A stretch of DNA of 64,000 nt from Gemmatimonadota bacterium. Its GTDB lineage: Bacteria; Gemmatimonadota; Gemmatimonadetes; Palauibacterales; KS3-K002. The stretch is from assembly GCA_039586795.1 (NCBI GenBank), contig JBDHJS010000007.1, forward strand, positions 1-64,000, written 5' to 3'. Positions 36,419 through 46,460 of the stretch are shown here, in pieces; the stretch's first letter is position 1, and the number at the start of each line of letters is the position of its first letter. Made by a program: the position numbers and the translations under genes. Under the pieces are notes generated by a model that made no database searches, was not told the origin of the DNA, and saw only the letters and a program-made list of their open reading frames with translations.

Positions 36419-37462
36419 CTACGGCTTGCCGCCTATCGCAAATCCGTGCACGGTCTCGATCACGGCGTCGACGGACTCCATCGGTGTCGGCGGCAACACG
36501 CCGTGCCCGAGGTTGAAGATGTAGCCATTCCCAGGATCTGCCTGCTCGAGGATCGATTTCACTCTCTCGACCAGCTTTTTACGCGGAGCAAGCAGCATCA
36601 CCGGATCGAGGTTCCCCTGCACGGCGAAGTCGGGGCCGATAATCTGGCGAGCTTCTCGCATGGGAAGTCGCCAATCGACGCCGATCACGTCGCTGTTTGC
36701 CTCTTTCATTGCTTCAAGCAGCGTGGCGGTGTTAGTGCCAAAGTGGATCCGTGGCACGTCGTATGACGACAGGTTCTCTAACACCCAGGCCGAGTGAGGG
36801 AGTACGTACTCGCGATAGTCTTCGGGAGAAAGGCAACCGACCCAACTGTCGAACATCTGAATTGCCTGCGCGCCAGCCTCGATCTGAGCAGCCAGATAAT
36901 CGCGAGTCATCTCGCTGACGGTTCTCATCAACTTGTGCCACGCATCCGTGTGTCCGTACATGAACGACTTCATTTGGAGGTAGTTCCTCGACCCGCCGCC
37001 TTCGATCATGTAGCTGGCCAAAGTAAACGGCGCCGCTGCAAAGCCGATCAACGGCACGCGCCCATCCAGCTCGCCGCGCACGATCTTTATCGCCTCGAGC
37101 ACGTAACCCAAACCCACCGCTGGATCGAACGGTGTGAGCGCGTTCACGTCCTCAGGCGATCGCACCGGCTTCTCGATCACCGGGCCTTCGCCCTCGCTGA
37201 AGTAGAAGCCGACACCGAGCGGTTCCAGCGGCAGCAGGATATCGGCGAAGATGATGGCCGCATCCAGGTCGAAGCGGTCGATCGGCTGCAGCGTGACCTC
37301 GGCCGCCAGCTCCGGCGTGCGACAAAGCTCCAGAATCGGGTGCTTCTCGCGAAGCGCCCGGTAGACAGGCATGTAGCGACCGGCCTGGCGCATCAGCCAG
37401 ACGGGTACGCGGTCGACCGGCTGGCGCCGGCAGGCGTTGAGAAACGCATGATTCTGAGTCAT
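36419..37462 (-). CDS. hemE: Uroporphyrinogen decarboxylase
   Basis: PVWLMRQAGRY, QGNLDP and FNLGHG motifs. Confidence 0.97.
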   Translation of the reverse strand: MTQNHAFLNACRRQPVDRVPVWLMRQAGRYMPVYRALREKHPILELCRTPELAAEVTLQPIDRFDLDAAIIFADILLPLEPLGVGFYFSEGEGPVIEKPVRSPEDVNALTPFDPAVGLGYVLEAIKIVRGELDGRVPLIGFAAAPFTLASYMIEGGGSRNYLQMKSFMYGHTDAWHKLMRTVSEMTRDYLAAQIEAGAQAIQMFDSWVGCLSPEDYREYVLPHSAWVLENLSSYDVPRIHFGTNTATLLEAMKEANSDVIGVDWRLPMREARQIIGPDFAVQGNLDPVMLLAPRKKLVERVKSILEQADPGNGYIFNLGHGVLPPTPMESVDAVIETVHGFAIGGKP

Positions 37463-37611
37463 AGTCCGCGGAAGTTATCCGAGGGGATAAGGGTCGGCTA
37501 GTCCTCGCGCAGCCCAATCCAGCCAGGCCTCGCCGGGTAGCATCCCGGGCTGTACCTTGTCCGCGTGTTCCAGGACCTTGGCAGGAGTGACCGTCTAGAT
37601 AAGGAGGACTC

Positions 37612-38166
37612 ATGAAGGGGATCAGTCGTTTGACCCTTGCGGCGCTGGCGCTGTGCATCGTGCTGCCGGCCGCGGCCCAGGCTCAGCGGCCAGCCAAACC
37701 CTGGCTGGTGGAGATATCGGGGGCGTACGTCATTCCGTCGGGAGATTTCGGCCGCCTGGTGAAGAACGGTTGGGGAACGGGCGCCTTCGTTGGCTACTCC
37801 GTCAACCCCCAGTTCGTGGTAGCCGGCAACTTCAACGTCGGTTGGCTGGAAGGCGATTGCGCACTCTGCGTTGACTTCACCAACTACGGCTACTTCGCGA
37901 TGGTTGGCTACAACGGCGCGGCCGGCGTTTCCAAGGGCGATGCGTACGTCCTGATCGGTGCCGGAGGGGTGACTTTCAGCCCCAAGGAAGGCGAGAGCCA
38001 GACCAACTTCGCGATGAACGGCGGAGTACGGACCTATTTCAATCTCTCTCCGTCAGTAGCTCTGGCGATCGATCTGATGGCGGTGGTCGCGTTCACGCCG
38101 GCGGACACATTTACCGGCACCACATGGTTCTTCCCGTTGGGAGTCGGTCTTGCCTTCAGGTTCTAA
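37612..38166 (+). CDS. Outer membrane beta-barrel protein
   Basis: RBS AAGGAGG, signal peptide AQA, C-terminal GLAFRF. Confidence 0.8.
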   Translation: MKGISRLTLAALALCIVLPAAAQAQRPAKPWLVEISGAYVIPSGDFGRLVKNGWGTGAFVGYSVNPQFVVAGNFNVGWLEGDCALCVDFTNYGYFAMVGYNGAAGVSKGDAYVLIGAGGVTFSPKEGESQTNFAMNGGVRTYFNLSPSVALAIDLMAVVAFTPADTFTGTTWFFPLGVGLAFRF

Positions 38167-38267
38167 CGCGGAAGGTGTGACGGGCCGATCGGGCAAACCG
38201 GTCGGCCTGTTGTCTACTCTTCTCCCAAGATGACCCAACGCACTTCTTGCACGGCATAGTTAGGATA

Positions 38268-38927
38268 ATGAAGCAGCTCATCATATGTATCGGCTTCCTC
38301 GCTTTGGCGAGCCCGCTCGCGGCTCAGGAGCCGCCGGTGGCCCAGGACATTCCGCTCATCCAGCGCGCCGACGCCGCGCGAGTGTTCGCCTCGGAATCGG
38401 CAACTCGCACGCTCGACGAGTTCATAGATTTCGCGTGCACCACTTGTCGCAGCTTCCAACAGATGCGTGCCGATTCGCTGAAAGCGTTCATCGCCGAACA
38501 CGACTTGCACTTCACGTTCAGAGTATATCCGATCCCGCGACTGATGAGAGGGTTCCAAGCAGCGGAGGCCGCTTTCTGTGCCGCCGCGTTCACCGGCCAG
38601 GAAGGATTCGTAGGCATGGTGGATCAGCTCTTCAGATATCATGACGTGTGGCGACACGAGCTCGACCCAACGCCGATCTTCGAACGGTTCGCCAGTGCGG
38701 TTGGGGCCCCGCTGGCTTCGTTCCGGGCTTGCGTGGCGCGTGACGCCATGGCCCCGCTCATCATCAACGACATTCGCATCGCGAAGGAAGCGGAGATCAC
38801 GGGCACGCCCTCCTTTGTGTTCAATGCAAAGGACGAGTTCAGCGGAGACGTGAAGTTCTACGGGAACCAACCGATGGAAGAGTTCCTCAGGGCGCTGAAT
38901 CAGCTTACAGGGGGCGGGCCGAACTAG
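38268..38927 (+). CDS. DsbA/thioredoxin-fold protein
   Basis: Signal peptide, EFIDFACTTC and ITGTPSF. Confidence 0.85.
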   Translation: MKQLIICIGFLALASPLAAQEPPVAQDIPLIQRADAARVFASESATRTLDEFIDFACTTCRSFQQMRADSLKAFIAEHDLHFTFRVYPIPRLMRGFQAAEAAFCAAAFTGQEGFVGMVDQLFRYHDVWRHELDPTPIFERFASAVGAPLASFRACVARDAMAPLIINDIRIAKEAEITGTPSFVFNAKDEFSGDVKFYGNQPMEEFLRALNQLTGGGPN

Positions 38928-38928
38928 C

Positions 38929-39819
38929 CTAGGGTTGGCCGTCCTCGGGCTGCCGGCCCGTTCGTATTGCCTCCTCGGCGGGAACGCCACGCTCCAGGGC
39001 CTCATAGTCCAGTTCGCTCCCCTGGACGGAGTGCGGGATGACGTAGACTACGACGGTGGCAAGCGCAGCGACCAGTACGGCATACCTGGGCAGCCGAACA
39101 TCCTCCCTAATCCTGTACCAGACGATCACGCCGGCGGCCACCCACAAGAGCCACATGATCAGGACCTTATTGTCTGTGAGGTCATAGCCGAACGGGAAGC
39201 CGGTCCAGAACGCGCCGAACGCGTACTTCTGGGCGATGGGGCCCAGGACCATTCCGCCGATCGTCATCCCGATCAGCGTGATCCAGGTCAGTGTTCGCAT
39301 CGGGCGTGGGGCGAAGAGTGCCGCCAGACCGGCGCGCAATCCAATCAACATCGAAAAGAACATCATCAGAACGTGCGGCAGCAGGAAGTAAAGCGGCACA
39401 TGATCCTTGAAGCGCATGACCACATTACCGCGAGCAGCGTCGGGGATCCTGGTGCCACCGTTCGGCAGCTGGAGAATGACGAAGTACTCTAGCTTTCCGG
39501 CCGGCGGCTGCGCCGGCAGCTCGGCGATCAAGCGTCCTTCGTCCGCGCGAAACGGCACCGACGCGAACTCGTCACTCTGGCGAAAGCGCTTGTAGTGCAG
39601 CACCGCCGTGACACCTTCAACCGGATCCGGGATCTCGACCTGCGCATCGTCGGTTGTGTACGCGCTGCGCACCAGTTCGTAATTGTACGTCTGTCCTGCC
39701 ACCTCGAAGCTGCCATGCACGGGGTAAGTCGGGCCGGTGCGCCGCTGGTATCCAGCAGCTGCCAGCATAAGCACCACGGCCGCCACCCACAGTACGACCT
39801 CGATTGTTCTGCTGTTCAT
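38929..39819 (-). CDS. Hypothetical membrane protein
   Basis: QRRTGPTYP, QPPAGKLEY and DLTDNK segments; about 5 TMs. Confidence 0.75.
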   Translation of the reverse strand: MNSRTIEVVLWVAAVVLMLAAAGYQRRTGPTYPVHGSFEVAGQTYNYELVRSAYTTDDAQVEIPDPVEGVTAVLHYKRFRQSDEFASVPFRADEGRLIAELPAQPPAGKLEYFVILQLPNGGTRIPDAARGNVVMRFKDHVPLYFLLPHVLMMFFSMLIGLRAGLAALFAPRPMRTLTWITLIGMTIGGMVLGPIAQKYAFGAFWTGFPFGYDLTDNKVLIMWLLWVAAGVIVWYRIREDVRLPRYAVLVAALATVVVYVIPHSVQGSELDYEALERGVPAEEAIRTGRQPEDGQP

Positions 39820-39924
39820 TGTTTTTCGTTGCCGATCTGTATCGGCGAAGCACTGGGATTCTTCATCACGTGAGGCGCTTGACGGGCCAATGGTACACAC
39901 CATCTTCCCCTTCGGGAAGATCTA

Positions 39925-40584
39925 ATGAACAGAAAGAGCCAGGTACGTCACGGATCACGGCACGGTGTAGCCACACGCGCCCGAGTACTCGCTTTCATCC
40001 TTGCGGTGATCGGCCTAGCTTGCGAGCGACGCCCCCCGGAGGAGCCCGTCGAATACCACGGGAACGTGATGTCACAACCCGTGGAAAAGGCGGATTTCAC
40101 GCTCAACGACACCGACGGCCAGCCGTTTCATTTCGTCGAGCAGACCGAGGGTTACGTCGCCCTGGTGTTCTTCGGCTATACGTATTGCCCCGACGTGTGC
40201 CCCATCCACATGGCAAACATCGCCGCAGTGCTCCGGGATTTTCCCTACGATCTCCAGCAGCAGTTCAAGGTGATCTTCATCACGACCGATCCGGAGCGCG
40301 ACACGCCGGATCGGATGCGGGAGTGGCTCGACGCGTTCGACAGCTCGTTCATCGGGCTCCGCGGCACGGTAGATGAGGTAAACGAGATCGCGGCCAGCAT
40401 GTGGTTGCCGCCCGCCATCCGCGTGGATAACGAAAGCGGCGGTTACGAGGTCGGTCACTCGGCGAATGTTGTGGCGTTCACCAAAGACAACCGAGCGCAC
40501 GTACGCTACCCGTTCGGAACACGACAATCGGACTGGGCTCACGATTTGCCGAAGCTGGCTGTAGAGACGTGGGGGACCGAATGA
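39925..40584 (+). CDS. SCO family copper-binding lipoprotein
   Basis: FFGYTYCPDVCP, DPERDT and YEVGHS motifs. Confidence 0.93.
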   Translation: MNRKSQVRHGSRHGVATRARVLAFILAVIGLACERRPPEEPVEYHGNVMSQPVEKADFTLNDTDGQPFHFVEQTEGYVALVFFGYTYCPDVCPIHMANIAAVLRDFPYDLQQQFKVIFITTDPERDTPDRMREWLDAFDSSFIGLRGTVDEVNEIAASMWLPPAIRVDNESGGYEVGHSANVVAFTKDNRAHVRYPFGTRQSDWAHDLPKLAVETWGTE

Positions 40585-41066
40585 AGCGATACAATTCACG
40601 TTGGGGCCTGTTGGCCGGGCTGGCAGTAGTGGTCCCTTCATTCGGCTGCGCGGGCGAGTCGGCGGAAGTTTCGGGGATTGAAGTCTCGCGGGTCTACGTC
40701 GCCGAGCCGACCACCGGCGAGCGGACCGCCATGTACTTCACGGTCACCAACAGCGGTGAAGCCGAAGAAGAACTGCTCAGGGTAACGACGCCCGCTGCCG
40801 GCGTAGCCGAGATCCACAGAACGGTCGAAGACGGTGGTATGATGCGTATGGAGCCCGTCTCATCCGTGACGATACCGGCGGGCGCCAGCGTTCGCCTGGA
40901 ACCCGGCGGCTATCATGTGATGCTGATGGAGTTGAAGGATCATCTATGGTCCGGCGACCACGTTGACGCGACTCTGCACTTCCGCCACATGGGCGAGGTG
41001 GCAGTAAGACCGAAAGTCGTCGCCTACTCCGAACTCGAGCGTTTGCTCGACGAGCCGGAAGGTTGA
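40581..41066 (+). CDS. Copper chaperone PCu(A)C
   Basis: EIH...GMMRM...PGGYHVML motif; ATGA overlap. Confidence 0.92.
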   Translation: MKRYNSRWGLLAGLAVVVPSFGCAGESAEVSGIEVSRVYVAEPTTGERTAMYFTVTNSGEAEEELLRVTTPAAGVAEIHRTVEDGGMMRMEPVSSVTIPAGASVRLEPGGYHVMLMELKDHLWSGDHVDATLHFRHMGEVAVRPKVVAYSELERLLDEPEG

Positions 41067-41119
41067 CACGCACTTTCGTAACCCATAGAGTCAACTCGAC
41101 AATCGAGAAGTATTAGGCG

Positions 41120-41271
41120 GGCGGAACAAATCGGAAGCCGGTGAGAATCCGGCACGGCCCCGCCACTGTGTGAGGCCCGGCGTCAGCCGGAAGTAGCCAG
41201 CTCACCATGCCACTGGGAGTGTTCCTGGGAAGGCGAGCTGACCTGCCTCGAGTCAGGAGACCTGTTCCGCC
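41120..41271 (+). ncRNA. Cobalamin riboswitch
   Basis: P1 GGCGGAACA/TGTTCCGCC; GGAAGCCGGTGAGAATCCGGCACGGCCCCGCCACTGT; GCCACTG...GGGAAGGC; B12 box GAGTCAGGAGACCTG; upstream of a TonB receptor. Confidence 0.95.
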
Positions 41272-41304
41272 GCGCATGGCCCGAGCACTCTTCCAGGGCG
41301 AGAC

Positions 41305-43527
41305 GTGCGGCCTTTATTATTGCCAGGACCGACTACTCACTCACGGCGCCGACCAAGCGTCGCCGGCGTCTCTGCCGTTTGTTCGCTTTTCCGCTCGAGA
41401 AGTCCGCTCACATTCTTTGCCTTTCTGCTACTCGCAACGACACAGCCGCTCATAGCCCAGTATCCCGGCGACCTGGCAGGACGCGTGACCGATGCGATCA
41501 CCGGCGAACCGGTGGAGAACGCGTTCGTCGAGGTCGTCGGCGCGGGGCTCAGCGCCTATACCGATGGACGCGGCGAGTTCCGGATTCGCGGGTTGGAGTC
41601 CGGCGAACAGACCCTGCGCGTCAGCCGCATGGGGTACGCGCCATCGGAACGCCGGGTCGAAGTTCGCAACGGCGCTTCGACGTGGGTGAACGTGAGCCTC
41701 GGCGTGCAGCCTGTCGAAATCGATGAAATCGCAGTGGAGGCAACGGCCGCGATCGATGCGACCCGCGATGTGATCACCCGGGCCGAAATCGAAAGCAGCG
41801 GTGAGTTGACAGCCGCCGGCTTGATCGAGGGCCGCGCCGGCGTCGTCGTACAGCGACGTGGACCGGGCGCACCACAGACGGTGAGCATCCGCGGAAGCTC
41901 GGCAGACGAAGTGCTGGTGCTACTGGACGGCGCACCGCTCAACGACCCAATCACCGGCGCGGCCGACCTTTCGACGGTGCCCACATCGCAGATTGAGACG
42001 CTGACCGTCCTCCGCGGCAGCCAGTCCGCCATCTATGGCCCGGGCGCCGCCGGTGGCGTCGTGCTCATCGAGTCGCGTATGACTGCACCGCCGTTGGGCC
42101 TGAGCGCCGAGACCGGATCGCTGGGTTACTGGTCAGGTCGAGCCGAAACAAGCGGCCCATTGCTGGGACTCGCCTGGTCGGCCGGTGGCCAGGTCCGACG
42201 AGCGGAAGGCAGTTTCGAGTTCGAGCGACCCCGTGAGTTAGGTGGCGGTCGCGCAACTCGACAGAACGCGGACTACTACGAGGCGGATGGGTTCGCCTCC
42301 GCCGTCGGCGGCCTGGCGAGTGGCGACCTTCGACTGCGCGGCGGTTTCACTCAGTTGGAGCGCGGCGTTCCCGGCCCCAGCTTCTTGCCCACGCCGTCGG
42401 CGCGAGAGGAGCTTACTCGCTGGCGCGGTCAGGTGACATGGGATCGGGTTGCCGGTCGCTTTCGTCATGCCGCTCGGTTGTTCGGCGTGTACCAGGACGT
42501 CCGCTTCGTCGACCCCGCCCCGCCGCAGGGCCTTCCCTATGACAGTCGGACCGAGGCACTGGCGTTGGGTGGCCGGCTGTCGTCGGAGCTCGATCTGCAG
42601 AGCGCCATGCGCTCGCTTTGGAGCGGTGTCGAAGTCCGTGACCAGCGGTACGAGAGTACGGTTCTTGACGCCGCGGCGCCCGGTGGACGGTTCGACTTCG
42701 GTGCCTTTGTCGGCGGCGAGCTCTCTCCGGGTTCTTCGTCGTCAACGCGCTTGGTCGCTGCGTTACGTGTAGATCGTGACGACCTGGCCAAGAGTTGGTA
42801 TCCGACCCACGAGCTGAGCCTGACCGCCGTTGCCGGCCCGGCAACGTTGCGCGCTCGTCACGCCAGCTCATTCAGTCCACCGACCTTTGGAGACCAATTC
42901 TTCAGGGAAGGCATCGCAGTGGAGCCGAATCCGAACCTGAAAGCCGAACGCATACCCAGTGACATCGGACTCGGCGTCTCCGTTGGTGGGAACTTGGGGA
43001 CTACAACCGCCTCGCTCTCTATCGACGGCTACATCGCAGATGTGAAGGACATGATCATCTGGGCTCCCGATTTTCGTTTCGTTTGGAGTCCGCGGAATTT
43101 CGATGTGAAGCGGCGCGGAGTCGATGTCCAGGCGCAACTTGGCTTGCCGGCCAGGAATCTCGAGCTCCACGGCACCTACAGCCTGGCGCGAGTCACATAC
43201 GACCGCCCCGGCGACGACGACGTTCAGGTCATCTATCGGCCACGCCACAGTGGCACGGTCGGATTATCGTGGCAGCCCGGTAGCTGGTTCTTCAGCGCCG
43301 ACGCCCGCTTCGTTGGCACGCGCTACCCGGTGCCGGCGCCGCTCAACGCCCTCGAACCCTTCTGGACATGGGACCTACGACTGCGGCGCAGCTTCGCAGC
43401 TGCCGGCTGGCAGATAACGCCGATGCTCGCGGTCGATCGAGTCTTCGACAACAGGAATTCGCTGATCTTCGGCTACCCCGAGCCCGGCCGCGTCATTCGC
43501 TTCGAGGTCGCGGCAGGACCGCGGTGA
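41305..43527 (+). CDS. btuB: TonB-dependent cobalamin receptor
   Basis: CarboxypepD_reg-like N-domain, plug SIRGS...VLLDG, C-terminal GYPEPGR; downstream of the riboswitch; start uncertain. Confidence 0.85.
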   Translation: MRPLLLPGPTTHSRRRPSVAGVSAVCSLFRSRSPLTFFAFLLLATTQPLIAQYPGDLAGRVTDAITGEPVENAFVEVVGAGLSAYTDGRGEFRIRGLESGEQTLRVSRMGYAPSERRVEVRNGASTWVNVSLGVQPVEIDEIAVEATAAIDATRDVITRAEIESSGELTAAGLIEGRAGVVVQRRGPGAPQTVSIRGSSADEVLVLLDGAPLNDPITGAADLSTVPTSQIETLTVLRGSQSAIYGPGAAGGVVLIESRMTAPPLGLSAETGSLGYWSGRAETSGPLLGLAWSAGGQVRRAEGSFEFERPRELGGGRATRQNADYYEADGFASAVGGLASGDLRLRGGFTQLERGVPGPSFLPTPSAREELTRWRGQVTWDRVAGRFRHAARLFGVYQDVRFVDPAPPQGLPYDSRTEALALGGRLSSELDLQSAMRSLWSGVEVRDQRYESTVLDAAAPGGRFDFGAFVGGELSPGSSSSTRLVAALRVDRDDLAKSWYPTHELSLTAVAGPATLRARHASSFSPPTFGDQFFREGIAVEPNPNLKAERIPSDIGLGVSVGGNLGTTTASLSIDGYIADVKDMIIWAPDFRFVWSPRNFDVKRRGVDVQAQLGLPARNLELHGTYSLARVTYDRPGDDDVQVIYRPRHSGTVGLSWQPGSWFFSADARFVGTRYPVPAPLNALEPFWTWDLRLRRSFAAAGWQITPMLAVDRVFDNRNSLIFGYPEPGRVIRFEVAAGPR

Positions 43528-43553
43528 AGCGCTATGAGAGAGAGGAGAACGCA

Positions 43554-44594
43554 GTGCACGTTCGGTTAACCCAAACACTGGCCTGGAGCGGGATTCTGCT
43601 ATTGGCCATCGCGTGCGATAACACGCAGCCCCCAGGCCCCGACCCACTTCCTTTGAGGGAGACAGCGGTCATCCTGAATAGTACGGACCTGTCGATCACC
43701 GTCTTTCCCAGCGGATCGGCGTCCGACATCCGCACGATGGGCCTGGCGCCCGCGGGCTCCCCGGTTACCCTAGCGGCGCGACACAATCTCGTCGTTGTAC
43801 CCATGGGCTTTCTTGCCACGGCGGTGGTCGTCGATCTTCTCGAAGACACGGCGTGGACCGTCCCACTGCCCGACAACTCCGGGGCCACCGGAGTCGGTTT
43901 TCGCAATGATTCGATCGTATACGTGGCCAATCCGAACCTGAACACGGTCAGCCGCATCAACGCGTTCGCCGGCGTGCACGAGAACGAAATCGACGTCGGC
44001 GTCTTTCCGCAGGCGGTAGCGGTGGAAGACAGCCTGATATTCGTCCTCAACGGCGAGCTCGAGAACTTCGTACCGGCGCGCCCGGGGTCGATCTCAGTCA
44101 TCGATCCGGCGACCGATTCGGTGGTGGCCACCATCTCTCTCAGCGGGACGAATCCGTCCGCCGCCATGTTCTGGTTTGGCATGCTGTACGTGGTCAACTC
44201 GGGATCATTCGGTCAGGGCGATGGCAGCCTTTCCGTTGTCGACCCGGTCACGCTTCGGGAAGTGGAGCACTATCCAGGCTTCGGCGAATTCCCGGGCGAC
44301 ATAGCGATCAGCATCGGGGGCATCGCGTTTATCAGTTCTTTTGGATACGGCGTCGCCGCTTGGGACGTCGTGGGCGATACATTCATCAATCCGCCGTCCG
44401 ATCCGCTGGTGATAGCAGGAGAGACCATCTCCAGCGGTGTCGGGATAGATGCAGCCGGACTGTTGTACACGTTGATTCCCGGCGACTGCATCGCGCCAAG
44501 CGTCCTGTATCGCGTAGGGGTCGACACGACTTCGGTGAGCACGGGTGCCTGCCCGATCGACATCGCTTTCACCCGGTTCGATGAAAGTGAATAG
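43554..44594 (+). CDS. YncE-like beta-propeller lipoprotein (BtuG-like)
   Basis: RBS AGAGGAG, lipobox AIAC, YVAN/VID propeller repeats. Confidence 0.75.
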   Translation: MHVRLTQTLAWSGILLLAIACDNTQPPGPDPLPLRETAVILNSTDLSITVFPSGSASDIRTMGLAPAGSPVTLAARHNLVVVPMGFLATAVVVDLLEDTAWTVPLPDNSGATGVGFRNDSIVYVANPNLNTVSRINAFAGVHENEIDVGVFPQAVAVEDSLIFVLNGELENFVPARPGSISVIDPATDSVVATISLSGTNPSAAMFWFGMLYVVNSGSFGQGDGSLSVVDPVTLREVEHYPGFGEFPGDIAISIGGIAFISSFGYGVAAWDVVGDTFINPPSDPLVIAGETISSGVGIDAAGLLYTLIPGDCIAPSVLYRVGVDTTSVSTGACPIDIAFTRFDESE

Positions 44595-45471
44595 AATCTC
44601 GCGGTTGCCGCTCATTCTGGTGCTGACTCTCGCAGCCTGTTCGGGGGGCGGGGGAGACTCAGCTCCGGGTGATAGGAGCGCAGCCACGCCTCAGCGAATC
44701 GTCTCGCTCATCCCATCCGCAACCGAAACCATCGTCGCCCTGGGCGCTCTCGACCGGTTGGTGGCGCGCAGCGAGTTCGACGTCGACCCCGCGCTCGCCC
44801 ATCTGCCGTCGGTGGGTGAAGGGCTGACGCCCAGTCTGGAACAGTTGACAGCTTTGCGACCCGACCTGGTGATCGCCTGGCCCGACAACCCATCGCGCTC
44901 GGTTATCGGCAGGCTGGAAGGACTTGGTGTCATCATCTACTCACCCGAAGTGCAAACGCTGGCGGACATTCGCCGGGCAACGACGGATCTCGGCCACATG
45001 CTGGGGTTGGAGCGAGCGGCCGACTCGCTGATCGCATCGATCGATGCGGGACTGGAGGAAGTCCGACGGGCCGTGGCCGGACTGGATCCACCCAGTGTCT
45101 TCTACGTTGTGTGGTACCAACCAGCGACGACGACGGGGTCAGGGACGTACATCGATGAGCTGATCCGGATCGCCGGTGGTCGTAATGTGTTTGCCGACGC
45201 GCCCGGCCTTTGGCCGCAGGTGAGCATGGAGGAAGTGGTTCGACGTCAGCCCGATATCGTCTTGTTGTCGCACACCGAGGATACGCCCACAGATGTCGAT
45301 CGGCTGAGCGCGACGGTCGGCTGGCGCGAGCTTTCGGCTATACGCGAAGGCAATGTCTTCCAGGTGGACGCCAACCTCTACAACCGACCCGGCCCACGGG
45401 TGACGTTAGCGGCCCGCACGCTGGCCCGGCTTCTTCACCCCGAAGCGTTCGAAGGCGCGAGCGAGCGGTGA
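44581..45471 (+). CDS. btuF: Cobalamin ABC substrate-binding lipoprotein
   Basis: RIVSLIPSATE, LRPDLV, AGGRNVF and RPGPRV motifs. Confidence 0.88.
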   Translation: MKVNRISRLPLILVLTLAACSGGGGDSAPGDRSAATPQRIVSLIPSATETIVALGALDRLVARSEFDVDPALAHLPSVGEGLTPSLEQLTALRPDLVIAWPDNPSRSVIGRLEGLGVIIYSPEVQTLADIRRATTDLGHMLGLERAADSLIASIDAGLEEVRRAVAGLDPPSVFYVVWYQPATTTGSGTYIDELIRIAGGRNVFADAPGLWPQVSMEEVVRRQPDIVLLSHTEDTPTDVDRLSATVGWRELSAIREGNVFQVDANLYNRPGPRVTLAARTLARLLHPEAFEGASER

Positions 45472-46460
45472 GAGCGCTTAACGTCGCTCGTCTGGTCGGC
45501 CTGAGCGCCGCCGTGGCCCTCACAGCGGTGATCAGCATCGCATTCGGCGCCGCCGATCTGCCCCTTCGCGACGTGGTGGCGGCGCTGGCCGGTGGGGGCG
45601 ATGAGACAACGCGTACGATCGTGATTAACCTCCGATTGCCGCGTGCAGCGCTCGCCTTTCTGGTTGGCGGCGCCCTGGCGCTCGCCGGGGCGGTCTACCA
45701 GGCCCTGCTCCGGAACCCATTGGCAGAGCCTTTTCTGCTGGGCGTCTCCGGCGGCGCCGCGATCGGGGCGGTCACAGCAGTCATCCTCGGTTTGAACCTC
45801 ATCGCCACGTGGTCGTTGCCGCTCGCGTCCTTTCTCGGCGCGCTGCTCGCGATCGCGCTGGTCCTCTACATCGCCAGCCGCACGGGTCAGGGTCTCGACA
45901 CACGCGTCTTGTTGCTGACCGGCGTTGTCGTCGGAACGTTCTTCAACGCCGTGATCTTGCTGCTGCTCAGCTTCGCTCCGGCCGAGACGTTCCGCTCGGC
46001 CGTCTTCTGGATGATGGGAAGTCTGGCGGCCGCCGACTGGCCGGCGGTCGTCGTGCTTGCAACCTACCTGGCGCCGGCCGTCATCGCTCTTCTGTTCATG
46101 GCCCGCCCGCTCAACCTGTTGGCGATGGGCGAGGAGACAGCGTTGTACCTGGGCACGCAAGTGGAGCGGGTGAAGTTGGCCGCCTACGTGATCGCATCGC
46201 TTCTTGTTGCCGCCGCTGTGGCGGTGAGCGGTGTTATCGGCTTCGTCGGTCTGGTGATCCCCCACGCCATCCGACTGGTCTGGGGGAGCAATCACCAGTT
46301 TCTGTTACCCGCATCGCTGCTCGCTGGCGGTGCGTTCCTGTTGCTCGCCGATACGGTCGCCCGCACCGCCGCCGCACCGGCCGAGCTGCCGGTGGGCGTG
46401 ATTACGGCCTTGATCGGCGTACCGCTCTTCGTCGTGCTGCTGATCAGGAGGGCCGTATGA
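45468..46460 (+). CDS. btuC: FecCD/BtuC ABC permease
   Basis: LRLPR, RNPLAEP, GVIGFVGL and ELPVG motifs. Confidence 0.9.
   Translation: MRALNVARLVGLSAAVALTAVISIAFGAADLPLRDVVAALAGGGDETTRTIVINLRLPRAALAFLVGGALALAGAVYQALLRNPLAEPFLLGVSGGAAIGAVTAVILGLNLIATWSLPLASFLGALLAIALVLYIASRTGQGLDTRVLLLTGVVVGTFFNAVILLLLSFAPAETFRSAVFWMMGSLAAADWPAVVVLATYLAPAVIALLFMARPLNLLAMGEETALYLGTQVERVKLAAYVIASLLVAAAVAVSGVIGFVGLVIPHAIRLVWGSNHQFLLPASLLAGGAFLLLADTVARTAAAPAELPVGVITALIGVPLFVVLLIRRAV

Noticed and set aside
45809..46456. N-terminal extension of the ABC ATPase ORF
   Set aside because: Overlaps btuC in another frame; the true start is ATG 46457 with an ATGA overlap and RBS.
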